Below, in pieces: positions 1-9,770 of a stretch of 64,000 bases of DNA (position 1 is the stretch's first letter; each line of letters starts with the position of its first letter). The position numbers and the translations under genes are program-made. This DNA is from an uncultured Gemmatimonadaceae bacterium. GTDB lineage: Bacteria > Gemmatimonadota > Gemmatimonadetes > Gemmatimonadales > Gemmatimonadaceae. The stretch covers positions 3,136,001 to 3,200,000 of the forward strand of contig OY970320.1 of NCBI GenBank assembly GCA_963716745.1, given 5' to 3'. The notes below the pieces were generated by a model. The model was not told where the DNA came from. It was given only the letters and a program-made list of their open reading frames with translations, and ran no database searches.

Positions 1-1469
1 GGCCGCGGCCGTCGCGGCGGGCGACTATGCCCTCAATGGCTACGACACCGACTACGATAAGACCACCGCGTACGACCTCGGCGGGAACATCGACATGCTT
101 CGCCAATACTCGCTCGGCGATCACACGAGCTTCTTCAAGTTCGGCGTTCGCCTTCGCGACGACAACAAGGTGTACAACCAGAACGAGCAGAGCTTTGGTT
201 CCAACACGCCCTATGCGAATGTCGTCGTCCCTGAGTTCGTTCACCGACCCTCACTTCTATAGCCGCCTCAGCCCGAGCTACCCGCTCGGCCCGGTCCCCG
301 ATTACGGTTCGTCCCAGACGTACGAGAATTCGAATCCTGGCGCATTCGACAACCAGACCGACACGCTGGGCAATCAGCTTGCGAGCTTCACCGGCAGCGA
401 GAAGATCTACGCGGGCTACCTGATGAACACCACCGAGTTCGGCCCGCTCCTGGTGAACCTCGGTCTCCGCGTGGAGCAAACGAACGACACCTATACCGGG
501 AGCGCGGTGACGCAGAACGCGGCCGGCGACACCACGTTCGTCACGCCCGTTGCGGGGAAGTCGTCGTACGCCGACTGGTTCCCGAGTCTCCAGTTGAAGT
601 ACTCGACGGAGTCCAATTGGAATTACCAGTTCGCCATCACGCGAGGGATCGCGCGGCCGAATTATTCGGATCTTGCGCCAAGCCTGTCGGGCATCGCCGA
701 TCCGACGCTGATCAATGACTACTCGAACGTTTCCGCCGGCAATCCGGACCTCAAGGCGCAAACGGCTTGGAACTACGATATTTTCGTCGGCCACTTCTTC
801 AAGAATGTCGGCATCCTGTCGGCGGGCGTCTTCTACAAGGACATCTCGAACTTCATCTTCACGCGCAATTTCCGGTATGCGGGGCCGTATGCGCCGCTCG
901 TGGGTTACGCCGGCACGCAGCCGCAGAACGGCAACTCCGGGCATCTCTCCGGGATCGAGCTGGAGTGGATCCAGCACTTCAGCTTCCTGCCTGGTTGGAC
1001 CTCGGGATTCGGGATCGACGCGAACTACACGCACACCAACAGCTCGGCGGTCGTGCCATGCAGCGACCCCGGCGTAGGCGGCTGCTCGGTGAGCGGCGCC
1101 GACACGACCCGCAAGGCCACGCTCCCGCGGCAGGCGCCGGATATCGGGAACATCGCGCTCATCTATGACCGCGGCGTCGTGTCGGCACGCGTCGCCTGGA
1201 CGTACAACGGCGCCAGCATCTACTCTTACGGCGACGGGTCGAACTCGGGCGAGACCGGCGACACGTACTTCTATCCGCACTCGCAGTTCGACGCGTCGAT
1301 CATGTGGAACGTGACGCGCACCACGCAGCTCCAGTTCCAGGTGCTCAACATCAACAACGCGGTCTTCGGATTCAACAATGGCGTACCGGGTGACAACTAC
1401 AACATCCAGCGTGAGTACTACGGCGCCACGTTCTTCCTGGGCGTGCGCTACGGCTTCGTGGGCTACTGA
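1..1469 (+). CDS. TonB-dependent receptor, C-terminal beta-barrel part (5'-truncated; apparent frameshift near 225)
   Basis: LGLRVEQT, ARPNYSDL, GNPDLKAQTAWNYD, C-terminal FFLGVRYGF; frame 2 is open upstream of about 225. Confidence 0.85.
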   Translation, partial: PRPSRRATMPSMATTPTTIRPPRTTSAGTSTCFANTRSAITRASSSSAFAFATTTRCTTRTSRALVPTRPMRMSSSLSSFTDPHFYSRLSPSYPLGPVPDYGSSQTYENSNPGAFDNQTDTLGNQLASFTGSEKIYAGYLMNTTEFGPLLVNLGLRVEQTNDTYTGSAVTQNAAGDTTFVTPVAGKSSYADWFPSLQLKYSTESNWNYQFAITRGIARPNYSDLAPSLSGIADPTLINDYSNVSAGNPDLKAQTAWNYDIFVGHFFKNVGILSAGVFYKDISNFIFTRNFRYAGPYAPLVGYAGTQPQNGNSGHLSGIELEWIQHFSFLPGWTSGFGIDANYTHTNSSAVVPCSDPGVGGCSVSGADTTRKATLPRQAPDIGNIALIYDRGVVSARVAWTYNGASIYSYGDGSNSGETGDTYFYPHSQFDASIMWNVTRTTQLQFQVLNINNAVFGFNNGVPGDNYNIQREYYGATFFLGVRYGFVGY

Positions 1470-1471
1470 GA

Positions 1472-2419
1472 ATGCGGAGTCGCTGGAGTGCGGCGAGGAT
1501 GGCGGTCGTTGTCGTCTGCGTCATCGCGTGCGGAACATCGCGCGCGATGGCGCAGGCCCCTCAGGGGCAGCTCTCGTTCCTGGTGATGGGCGACTGGGGA
1601 CGCGACGGCGACTCCGCGCAGACGCGCGTCGCCCGGCAGATGGGCGTCACCGCGGAGGCGCTCCACGCGGCGTTCGTCCTCTCCACCGGCGACAATTTCT
1701 ATTCGGATGGCGTGAAGAGCGTCACCGACCGGCAGTGGCAGACGTCGTTCGAGCAAGTGTACACGGCCAAGTCGCTGCAGATCCCTTGGTACGTGGCGCT
1801 CGGCAATCACGACTATCACAGCGATCCGGATGTGCAGGTGCAGTACACGAAGACGAGTACGCGATGGCGGATGCCGGCTCGATATTTCTCATTCACCGAA
1901 CGCGTGGACGACACCACCAGCGCCGAATTCTTCATCATCGACACGTCACCCTTCGTCGAGAAATACTACACCGACAAGAAGATGGCGCCGCAGTTGAAGG
2001 GCATGAGCACCGCGCCACAGCTCGCGTGGCTCGACAGCGCGCTGCACGCGTCGAAGGCGCAGTGGAAGTTCGTGGCCGGGCACGGCACCATCTATTCGGC
2101 GAGCCCGGTGCACGGCAACACTTCCGAACTCATCCGCGACGTCGTGCCGCTCTTGGAGAAGTACCACGTGCAGGCGTACTTGAACGGACACGATCACGAT
2201 CTGCAGCACGCCCACGCGGGCAGCGTCGCCTACTTCACGAGTGGCGGTGGGTCCGAGACGCGCCCCACCGGCCACGATGCGCATACCGTGTTCAGCCGCG
2301 CGAGCACCGGCTTCCTCGCGGCGGTGTTGACGAGCGGCACGCTGCACGTACAGTTCATCAATGATTCGGGGCGCGTGTTGTACACCACCTCGATCAAGCG
2401 AGGCTCGCTCACCCACTGA
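1472..2419 (+). CDS. Exported purple/tartrate-resistant acid phosphatase (metallophosphoesterase)
   Basis: Signal peptide; GDWG, GDNFY, GNHD, GH, GHDH motifs. Confidence 0.88.
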   Translation: MRSRWSAARMAVVVVCVIACGTSRAMAQAPQGQLSFLVMGDWGRDGDSAQTRVARQMGVTAEALHAAFVLSTGDNFYSDGVKSVTDRQWQTSFEQVYTAKSLQIPWYVALGNHDYHSDPDVQVQYTKTSTRWRMPARYFSFTERVDDTTSAEFFIIDTSPFVEKYYTDKKMAPQLKGMSTAPQLAWLDSALHASKAQWKFVAGHGTIYSASPVHGNTSELIRDVVPLLEKYHVQAYLNGHDHDLQHAHAGSVAYFTSGGGSETRPTGHDAHTVFSRASTGFLAAVLTSGTLHVQFINDSGRVLYTTSIKRGSLTH

Positions 2420-2429
2420 GGTATCCGCC

Positions 2430-3308
2430 ATGCATCGTCATTGTCTCGTCGCAGTCCTCCTCACCACGGCGGCCGCGGCGAGCGTGGCGCAACAACCGGC
2501 GGCTGCGCCCGATTGGCACGCGGTGGAGCAGGCGCTTGGCCGCTCCGGAGCGCCGCAACCCGGCGGCGTGATCAAGTTCGCCTTCCCGCGTTCCGATCTC
2601 GCGGTGACCGTCGGCGACGTGACGGTGAAGCCTGGCTTGGCGCTCGGCACTTGGTTGGCGTTCATGCCGCAGGGGAGCGGCGCGATGGCGATGGGCGATC
2701 TCGTGCTCTTGACCGCCGAGGTCGCGCCGGTGATGCGCGCGCTCGAAGCCGGTGGCGTACACGTGGCGGCGGTGCACAACCATCTCCTTGGCGAGATGCC
2801 GCGCATCATCTACATGCACATCGTCGCCACCGGCGATCCGGCGAAGATCGCCGCCGCGGTGCACACTGCGCTCGAGCTCACCGGCACGCCGCTCGCAGCC
2901 CTGGCTCCGCCCGCCGCGATGACGTTCCCGCTCGATACCGCGGCGCTCGCGCGCGCGCTGGGGACATCGGGCAAGGTGAACGGAGGCATCTATCAGGTCA
3001 GCGCGGCGCGGAGCGCGCCGATCACGATCGGCGGCATGACCGTCCCACCGTCGATGGGGCTCGCCACCGCCATCAACATCCAGCCGCTCGATGCCGGCCG
3101 TGCCGCGGCGAGCGGAGATTTCGTGCTCACCGCGGATCAGGTGACGCCGGTGATGCAGGCGCTCACCGCGCACGGGATCGCCGTCACGGCGTTGCACAGC
3201 CACCTCATGTCATCGACGCCGTCGCTGCTGTTCATGCACTTCTGGGTGGCGGACAGCGCTTCCAAGGTCGCGGCGGGACTCGGCGCGGCGCTCGCCGCCG
3301 CGAAGTGA
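2430..3308 (+). CDS. DUF1259 (LppY/LpqO-like) exported protein with two repeats
   Basis: Signal peptide; duplicated GDLVL..AVHNHL..YMH and GDFVL..ALHSHL..FMH motifs. Confidence 0.8.
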   Translation: MHRHCLVAVLLTTAAAASVAQQPAAAPDWHAVEQALGRSGAPQPGGVIKFAFPRSDLAVTVGDVTVKPGLALGTWLAFMPQGSGAMAMGDLVLLTAEVAPVMRALEAGGVHVAAVHNHLLGEMPRIIYMHIVATGDPAKIAAAVHTALELTGTPLAALAPPAAMTFPLDTAALARALGTSGKVNGGIYQVSAARSAPITIGGMTVPPSMGLATAINIQPLDAGRAAASGDFVLTADQVTPVMQALTAHGIAVTALHSHLMSSTPSLLFMHFWVADSASKVAAGLGAALAAAK

Positions 3309-3309
3309 C

Positions 3310-4245
3310 TCAGACACCGACGAGCGGGTAGCCCAAGTCGCGCCAAGCCTTGATCCCACCCTCGAGTGGCCGCACGCGCTCCACGCCGTGCCGCTTGAGC
3401 CGCAGCGCTGATCGCGCGCTCGACGCCTCGTTGGGACACGAGCAGTAGAGCACCACTTCGCCATGCGTCGGGATCTCGGAGAAGCGGATCTCCAGTTCCT
3501 CCGGCGTCATGCGCAGCGAACCCGGGATGCCGCCCGGTTCCGCCGCGAATTCCATCGTGTGCCGCAGATCGAGCACGACCGTCGGTTCGGCCGCGTCGAG
3601 CCGGCGCTTCAGTTCCTCCGGCGTGATGCGCGCCATGCGCAGCTCGCGATACAGCAGTTGCCGTCGCACGATCTTCCATCCGATGTAGATCGCGCAGAGC
3701 ACCACGAGCAGCTGCATGCCCGACACGCCGAAGCGCACGACGAGTTGCAGTATGTCCTCCACGCTCGCGCTGAATCCGTATCCGAGCCCGACGAACGCTG
3801 CGACCCATAGGACCGCGCCGAGGAGGTTGAGCGAATAGAACCGAACGCGCGACATGCCCGCGATCGCCGCGATCGGCTGCACCACGACGCCGGCGAATCC
3901 GGGCATGAAGTTCGCGATGAGCAGCGCCGCCGCGCCCCAGCTCGTGAAGAAATCGCGCGCCCCGCGCGCGCAACGATCGGGCTCGAGCGAAAGGCGGCAC
4001 ACGAGCGTCAGCACATCCCCGCGTCCATGGCGCGCCGCCTCGTACCACACTGCGTGCGCTGCCACCGACGCGAGCACCGCGACACTCATGACAAGGAACA
4101 GATCGAGTTGGCCGCCGCGCGCGATCGCGCCCGCGGCGATCAAGAATGGAATGGCCGGCAGCGGAACGCCGAGTTGGTCGGCCAGCACCAGCGCGAAGAG
4201 CACCGCGTAGCCGTGCTGCAGGAGGAACCCGTTCGCGTCACCCAT
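3310..4245 (-). CDS. DedA/VTT membrane protein fused to a rhodanese-like domain
   Basis: QLGVPLPA DedA motif; C-terminal VLDLR, YCSCPNE, PLEGG. Confidence 0.85.
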   Translation of the reverse strand: MGDANGFLLQHGYAVLFALVLADQLGVPLPAIPFLIAAGAIARGGQLDLFLVMSVAVLASVAAHAVWYEAARHGRGDVLTLVCRLSLEPDRCARGARDFFTSWGAAALLIANFMPGFAGVVVQPIAAIAGMSRVRFYSLNLLGAVLWVAAFVGLGYGFSASVEDILQLVVRFGVSGMQLLVVLCAIYIGWKIVRRQLLYRELRMARITPEELKRRLDAAEPTVVLDLRHTMEFAAEPGGIPGSLRMTPEELEIRFSEIPTHGEVVLYCSCPNEASSARSALRLKRHGVERVRPLEGGIKAWRDLGYPLVGV

Positions 4246-4270
4246 GATGCGCGTATCATAGACCATTCTC

Positions 4271-4640
4271 GCGCTTGGTCGCGACCCGGCCTCCGGCTAG
4301 GCCGCTTTCGCTCAAACCGCTTCGAGCCTCGCGGCTGTGGGGCGCCACGAGTCTCTCGCTTTTCGCTGCCGCGGCTGCGCCGGAGGCCGGCTCGCTCCCT
4401 GCCAAGGATCGAGCTACGCGCGGGAGCTCTCACTGCGCCTAACTCCGCACAGCGCGCATACGGCGCAGAGAACTGATCTGACGCGGCATTCAGCCCGCGC
4501 GAACCGTGATCGACGTCAGGGAGCGGTGCCATCCCGGCAGAGGCGCCCCCGCGCGTAGCGAGAGACTCGCGCGCCGTTTGCGCGAGGCTCGAAGCGTGTA
4601 AGCGCGAGGGCGCCGGCGCCGGGATGGCGCCGCGACCGGC
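4271..4640. repeat. Intergenic nested inverted-repeat element (structured RNA or MITE-like)
   Basis: Pairs 4318-4333/4581-4596, 4348-4360/4557-4569, 4393-4401/4517-4525, 4417-4424/4494-4501, plus local 4286-4297/4379-4390 and 4526-4538/4618-4630. Confidence 0.7.
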
Positions 4641-4651
4641 GGCGCGCCAAC

Positions 4652-5335
4652 CTACTCCCGCGCCAACCGGTACCCGACTTTCCGCACGGTAAGAATGTGG
4701 ATCGGCCGTTCCGCGCTCGGCTCGAGTTTGCGGCGCAGTTCGGCGATGTGTGTGTCAACGGTCCGGCTCAGTACGTCCGCGCCGTACCCCCACACGCGCT
4801 CCATCAACCGGTCGCGGCTGAGCGCTGCGCCGTTCGCTTCCACCAACGCCCAGAGGAGATCGAATTCCTTGGGCGCGAGCGCCACCTCCGCGCCGGACAC
4901 GCGCACCGTCCTTGGGCCGGGATCAACCGCCACGAGTCCGAAGCGCACCACCGGACCCGACGGCCGCGCCGGCTGCGTGCGCCGGAGCAGTGCCTCAACG
5001 CGCGCCATGAGCTCCAGCACACCGAACGGCTTCGTCACATAGTCGTCGGCGCCGAGTCGCAGGCCGCGCACCTTGTCCTCCTCCTGGCCGCGCGCGGTGA
5101 GGATGAGCACGGGCGTGCGACAGCCGCGCTCGCGCAGCGCGCGCAGCACGCGAAATCCATCCAGCCCCGGCAGCATCAGGTCGAGCAGCACGAGATCGAA
5201 CGGGCCCTCGAGCGCGCGCGACAGGCCCGCGTTCCCATCCACGGCGATCTCTACATGGTAGCCATCGATCTCGAGATTGTTGCGCACGCCGAAGGCGAGG
5301 TCGGCGTTGTCCTCGATCACTAGAATGCGGCTCAT
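4652..5335 (-). CDS. OmpR/PhoB-family response regulator
   Basis: ILVIED, LLDLMLPG, GADDYVTKPF, winged helix RTVDTHI..LRRKLE. Confidence 0.93.
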   Translation of the reverse strand: MSRILVIEDNADLAFGVRNNLEIDGYHVEIAVDGNAGLSRALEGPFDLVLLDLMLPGLDGFRVLRALRERGCRTPVLILTARGQEEDKVRGLRLGADDYVTKPFGVLELMARVEALLRRTQPARPSGPVVRFGLVAVDPGPRTVRVSGAEVALAPKEFDLLWALVEANGAALSRDRLMERVWGYGADVLSRTVDTHIAELRRKLEPSAERPIHILTVRKVGYRLARE

Positions 5336-6876
5336 GCCGGCTGCCTCGGGAGCCGCAGCACGATGCGGGCGCCGCCGCCGGGTGCCGCTTCGGCCACCGA
5401 CGAGCCGCCGTGCGCGGCGACGAGATCGCTGACGATCGCGAGTCCGATCCCGGTGCCCGTCGTGTTCCCGCGGCGCGCCGCCTCGCCGCGCCAGAATCGC
5501 TCCCAGATGCGCGCGCGGGAGCCGGCGTCAATGCCGTCGCCCTGATCCTCGACCTCGATGCGCACTTCGCTCGCGTCGGACGCCAGCCGCACGGTGATCG
5601 TTTGCGGCCGGCGTCCGTACTTCAGCGCGTTGTCGAGCACGTTCAGCAGCACCTGCCGGATCGCGGCGCGGTCCACGTTCGCATGCACATCGCGCGTAAG
5701 CACCGGCTCCACGCGCGAGCCTTCCCGCTCGGCGAGCGGCGCGAATCCCGCGATCACTTCGCTGATCAGCGCCGTGAGATCGGTGGGCGTCATGTCCACC
5801 GTGAGCGCGCGGCGCTCGGCGCGTGAGAAATGCAGGAGATTCTCCACGAGATGCTCGAGGCGTTTCGCCTCGTTCTCGATGATCCCGATCGACCGTTCGC
5901 CTTCGGCGTCGGACCGCACGCGGCCGAGGCGCAGCGTCTCCGCGAAGAGCCGGATCTGCGCGAGCGGCGTTCGCAATTCGTGCGAGACGCTCGCGACGAA
6001 ATCCTCACGGAGTCGGGACAGTTCGCTCTCGCGCCGCAGCTGCGCGACCGCGAGCGCTGTGAGCAGGAGCGTGACGCCGAGCAGCGCGAGCGAGACGGGC
6101 AGGCGCGATCGCGGAAGGCCCCCGATCACGAGCGCGGGCGCGAGCGATTCACTCAAACTAACCTCGATGGCGAGATCGCCGAACGGCTGCCCGAGTGGAA
6201 GCGCGGTGTGGAACGGCGATGCGGAATCGAAGCCGCGATCGGCCAGCGCGCCGGTGGCGCTCGTGACGCGCAGTCCGACGCCCGACGTAAGCGGCGCGCC
6301 GTGCACGAGACTGGACGGAAGAACGGGATCCTGCGCGATCATGTCCTGTAGCACCGCGATGAGCGCGACGCGGGGGAGCGTGAACGCAGTGGATGGTGAA
6401 CCATTGGCGCGCAGCGGCTGGAACACGAGCAGCTCGCCACCTGCCGGCGGCGGCCACGCGAGCCCGAAGTAGGCGTAACCGGGCACATGCGTGGTCGCCT
6501 CGGCCACGAACCGCGTGATGGAATCGGCGGCGGCGGAGGAGAGCGGGGCGCCATTCGTGCGCACGGTGTTCGCATGGGGGTCGATGCGCAGGATGCGGCT
6601 CGCGCGCTCGAAGACGTCCTTCGCGCCGCCGCTCAGCGGCGCAGCGGGCGCCGCGGCGGCGAGCAGCACGGGATTGAAGCGCGCGCCGAGCTGCCCTTTG
6701 AGGCGCAGCGCCGACGCTTCCGCGCCCAGAGTCGCGTAGTCGCGAAGTACGCGCTCCGCACTCGCGCGCTGATCGCGCGCCGCCGTCACCGCCTGCACCG
6801 TGAGCAGGGCGGAGAGCAGCGCTGTGAGGCCGAGAGCGATGGCCACGAGATTCGAGGGGCGTGCGGGGTCGCGCAT
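5332..6876 (-). CDS. Membrane sensor histidine kinase
   Basis: Two TM segments; SHELRTPL H-box, NVLDNALKY, DQGDGI, GTGIGL. Confidence 0.92.
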   Translation of the reverse strand: MRDPARPSNLVAIALGLTALLSALLTVQAVTAARDQRASAERVLRDYATLGAEASALRLKGQLGARFNPVLLAAAAPAAPLSGGAKDVFERASRILRIDPHANTVRTNGAPLSSAAADSITRFVAEATTHVPGYAYFGLAWPPPAGGELLVFQPLRANGSPSTAFTLPRVALIAVLQDMIAQDPVLPSSLVHGAPLTSGVGLRVTSATGALADRGFDSASPFHTALPLGQPFGDLAIEVSLSESLAPALVIGGLPRSRLPVSLALLGVTLLLTALAVAQLRRESELSRLREDFVASVSHELRTPLAQIRLFAETLRLGRVRSDAEGERSIGIIENEAKRLEHLVENLLHFSRAERRALTVDMTPTDLTALISEVIAGFAPLAEREGSRVEPVLTRDVHANVDRAAIRQVLLNVLDNALKYGRRPQTITVRLASDASEVRIEVEDQGDGIDAGSRARIWERFWRGEAARRGNTTGTGIGLAIVSDLVAAHGGSSVAEAAPGGGARIVLRLPRQPA

Positions 6877-6986
6877 GGCGAAAGTTAACGGAACTCGCGA
6901 AAGGCCGGTTCGGGGTTCATCGATCCCTGACAATTCGCTTGCAGCATGGCCACTCGCGGATTGGCGGGTGCGCGTACCGTTCGCAC

Positions 6987-7382
6987 ATGAAGCGACCGGT
7001 CACGACGCTCAAGATGGTGCGGCTCGCCGCGGCGTGGGGAGTGGGGCTCTATCTCGCGCGCATGTACGTCGAGATGGGCTGGGTCAAGTTCGATCCCAAT
7101 GGCTTCTGGACCAAGGCATTCGAGCGGTGGGGCTATCCGGTGTGGATGCGATGGACCGTGGGCGCGATCGAGGTAACGGGCGGCATCATGCTGCTCATTC
7201 CCTGGGTGGCGTCGTACGGCGCGATCGCGGTGGCCGTCATCATGACGGGCGCGTTCTTCACCCGCATGCACGACCATCGCTACGTTGACTCGGCATGGAT
7301 CGCCGCGTATTGGGCCGGGCTCGCGTGGATCGCGTACGAGTGGTGGCCATTCCGGCGCCCGGCGCCAGGAGCTAAACGGTGA
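6987..7382 (+). CDS. DoxX-family membrane protein
   Basis: GWVKF..FERWGYP..GAIEV..G pattern; four hydrophobic segments. Confidence 0.75.
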   Translation: MKRPVTTLKMVRLAAAWGVGLYLARMYVEMGWVKFDPNGFWTKAFERWGYPVWMRWTVGAIEVTGGIMLLIPWVASYGAIAVAVIMTGAFFTRMHDHRYVDSAWIAAYWAGLAWIAYEWWPFRRPAPGAKR

Positions 7383-7888
7383 GGAACATGATCTTCGGCG
7401 CGATCTCGGCGCTCGTCGCGCTGCCCCTGTTCGCGTTCGTATATGCGGCACTCGGCGTCGGTGACGTGCGCTCCGACGTCGCGCCGGGCGCGCTCGAGAC
7501 GTCCGTCATGCGCGCCGCCGTGCACGCATCAGTGCGACGGAGCGCGAAAAACGACTCCGCGCCGCCGCCTGCGACCGATTCGCTCGTGATCGCCGGCGGC
7601 CGGCGGTACATGAATGACTGCATCGGCTGCCACGGCACGCCCGGCAAGGGGCCGAGCAAGTTCGGCCAGTCGTTCTATCCGCCGGCACCGCAGTTCCCGG
7701 ACGCGGGCACGGAGTACACTCCCACCGAGCTCATGTGGATCGCGACCCACGGCATTCGCATGACGGGCATGGATTCGAAATCGGAATACAAACCAACGAG
7801 CCGGCAGACGCTGGTGGCGTTCATCGCGGCCGTGCACACGCTGCCTCCGGCGCTGCTCGACAGCATCAACGTGGAGGCGAAGAAGTAG
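7379..7888 (+). CDS. Membrane-anchored monoheme c-type cytochrome
   Basis: N-terminal TM; CIGCH; HGIRMTGM. Confidence 0.85.
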   Translation: MRNMIFGAISALVALPLFAFVYAALGVGDVRSDVAPGALETSVMRAAVHASVRRSAKNDSAPPPATDSLVIAGGRRYMNDCIGCHGTPGKGPSKFGQSFYPPAPQFPDAGTEYTPTELMWIATHGIRMTGMDSKSEYKPTSRQTLVAFIAAVHTLPPALLDSINVEAKK

Positions 7889-8389
7889 ATGAAACGATTC
7901 GCGTTGGGTTTCTTCGGAATGCTCGCGTTGCTCGGTGTTGGCGCGCTCGCGTTCTTGCTGCTCGGATTTGCCGATGTGCGCGACGATGCACCTGCGCCCG
8001 CGGTCTACCGAGCGTTCCACGCGATGGCCGTGCGTGCCTCCGTGCACCGGCGCGCGCCGGCGGCAAGTCCGCTCGCGCCGAGCGACTCCGATCTCATCGC
8101 GGGTGGACATCTGTATCTCAACGGATGCGCCGGGTGTCACGGCACGCCCGGCAAGACGCGACCGGCGTTCACGGGATTCAACCCGCCACCGCAGCTATCG
8201 GCGTTGCAGCCGCGCTACAGCGAACCGGAGATGTTCTGGATCATCGACCACGGCGTGCGCCGCACGGGCATGTCGGCGTACGGAGTGTTCTACAAGGACA
8301 AAGAGATGTGGCAGGAGGCGGCGTTTCTCGCGCGAATACACTCGCTGCCGCCGGCGGTGGCGGATTCGTTGGGGCTGCCGCGGCAATAG
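7889..8389 (+). CDS. Membrane-anchored monoheme c-type cytochrome (paralog of upstream gene)
   Basis: N-terminal TM; CAGCH; HGVRRTGM. Confidence 0.85.
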   Translation: MKRFALGFFGMLALLGVGALAFLLLGFADVRDDAPAPAVYRAFHAMAVRASVHRRAPAASPLAPSDSDLIAGGHLYLNGCAGCHGTPGKTRPAFTGFNPPPQLSALQPRYSEPEMFWIIDHGVRRTGMSAYGVFYKDKEMWQEAAFLARIHSLPPAVADSLGLPRQ

Positions 8390-8394
8390 CGTCT

Positions 8395-8522
8395 AACAGC
8401 CGGGAACCGATTGCCGGGAACCGGTGTGGCATGACAACGCATGGCGTTACGACATCGCGCCTTGTCGTGATGCAATGCGTTCTTATGCCTCACCGGTTCC
8501 CGGCAATCGGTTCCCGGTTGTT
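8395..8522. repeat. Long imperfect palindromic repeat, copy 1
   Basis: CGGGAACCGATTGCCGGGAACCGGTG...CACCGGTTCCCGGCAATCGGTTCCCG between convergent genes; homologous to 9771-9886. Confidence 0.85.
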
Positions 8523-8533
8523 CGCAGTGTTGG

Positions 8534-8791
8534 TTACTTCGCGTTCTCCTCTCCCGCCACGATCCCCAGATTCACCTGTTTGATCGCCTGTACCACGAGA
8601 TTCTCCGCATCCGCGCGGTGACCACCCTTGTTGTGCTCGGCCTCCTTCAAGTGCATTTGCGCCTGCTTGAGCGCGTCCAGTGCGGCGTTCATATGCGGCT
8701 GATCCACATTGCGGGTCGCGGCCACGGCGGCCGGAACGAACAGCACGCCAGCGACCAGCACCGCGACGAGAATGCGAAGCGTCTTCTGCAT
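8534..8791 (-). CDS. Small exported helical protein with several His residues
   Basis: RBS GGAG; signal peptide; QPHM..KGGHR. Confidence 0.7.
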   Translation of the reverse strand: MQKTLRILVAVLVAGVLFVPAAVAATRNVDQPHMNAALDALKQAQMHLKEAEHNKGGHRADAENLVVQAIKQVNLGIVAGEENAK

Positions 8792-8934
8792 GGTGCGTAT
8801 CTCCGTTGAGGTGACCTGCCTGGCGCCGTCCCGCCCGCACGGCGCCCTCTTACAAACGTTTCGTACGCGCCGTGTGTCAATACGTTGGCGCGGCGCTTCG
8901 CCGCGTCTGTTACACTCATATTCCGGAGGGATCG

Positions 8935-9738
8935 ATGCGCAGATCGATCTTGGTGCTGGCGATGCTCGCGGTGCCCGTCGCCTTGTCGGCCCAGGCGCCC
9001 GCGCGCGCGGAGATCCTCGTCATCGGCACGTACCACATGGCCAATCCGGGGCACGACATCCACAACATGCAGGCCGACGACATGCTGTCGTCCAAACGCC
9101 AGCAGGAGATCGCGCAGTTGCTCAATGTCTTGAAGCAGTTCCATCCCACGAAGATCGCGATCGAGGCCAATGTGGGGAGCAAGAGAGTCGCGCAGCAGTA
9201 CGCGGACTATCTCGCCGGCAAATACGCGCTCACCGCGAACGAGATCGACCAGGTGGGCTATCGTCTCGCGAAAGAACTCGGCCACAAGGAAGTGTACGCC
9301 GTGGACGTCGACGGCGATTTTCCCTGGCAGCGCGTCGTGAACTACGCGAAGGCCAACGGCCGCACCGCCGAGCTCGACTCGATCAATGCGGGGTGGGGCG
9401 CGCTCGTCACGGAGGACGGCGAGTATCTGCGCACGCACACCGTGCTCGAGATGTTCCGCTTCCTCAACGCCGATGCGCGCGTGACGCGCGACATGGCCCT
9501 CTATTTCGCGGTCGACAAGTTGGGCGAGCCGTGGGAGTACGCGGGATCCGACCTCATCGCGTCGTGGTACCAGCGGAACATCCGCATCTACCACAACATC
9601 GCTGCGCTCGCGGCCGCGCCGGGCGACCGGGTGCTCGTGATCTACGGGGCAGGGCACCTTGGGTGGCTGCGGCAGGACGCGGCGAACGACACGACTGTGC
9701 GGCTACGAAAACTTTCGGAGTTCGGACAGACGCCCTGA
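8935..9738 (+). CDS. DUF5694-like exported protein (TraB/PrgY-like fold)
   Basis: Signal peptide; GTYHM, PTKIAIE, WYQRNIRI, VIYGAGHL. Confidence 0.72.
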   Translation: MRRSILVLAMLAVPVALSAQAPARAEILVIGTYHMANPGHDIHNMQADDMLSSKRQQEIAQLLNVLKQFHPTKIAIEANVGSKRVAQQYADYLAGKYALTANEIDQVGYRLAKELGHKEVYAVDVDGDFPWQRVVNYAKANGRTAELDSINAGWGALVTEDGEYLRTHTVLEMFRFLNADARVTRDMALYFAVDKLGEPWEYAGSDLIASWYQRNIRIYHNIAALAAAPGDRVLVIYGAGHLGWLRQDAANDTTVRLRKLSEFGQTP

Positions 9739-9770
9739 GAGGGCGTTAGCGCGCGAGGCACCTAAGAAAT

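Noticed and set aside
3420..3460. Selenoprotein form of the rhodanese domain
   Set aside because: The motif is YCSCPNE with ordinary Cys codons and no UGA
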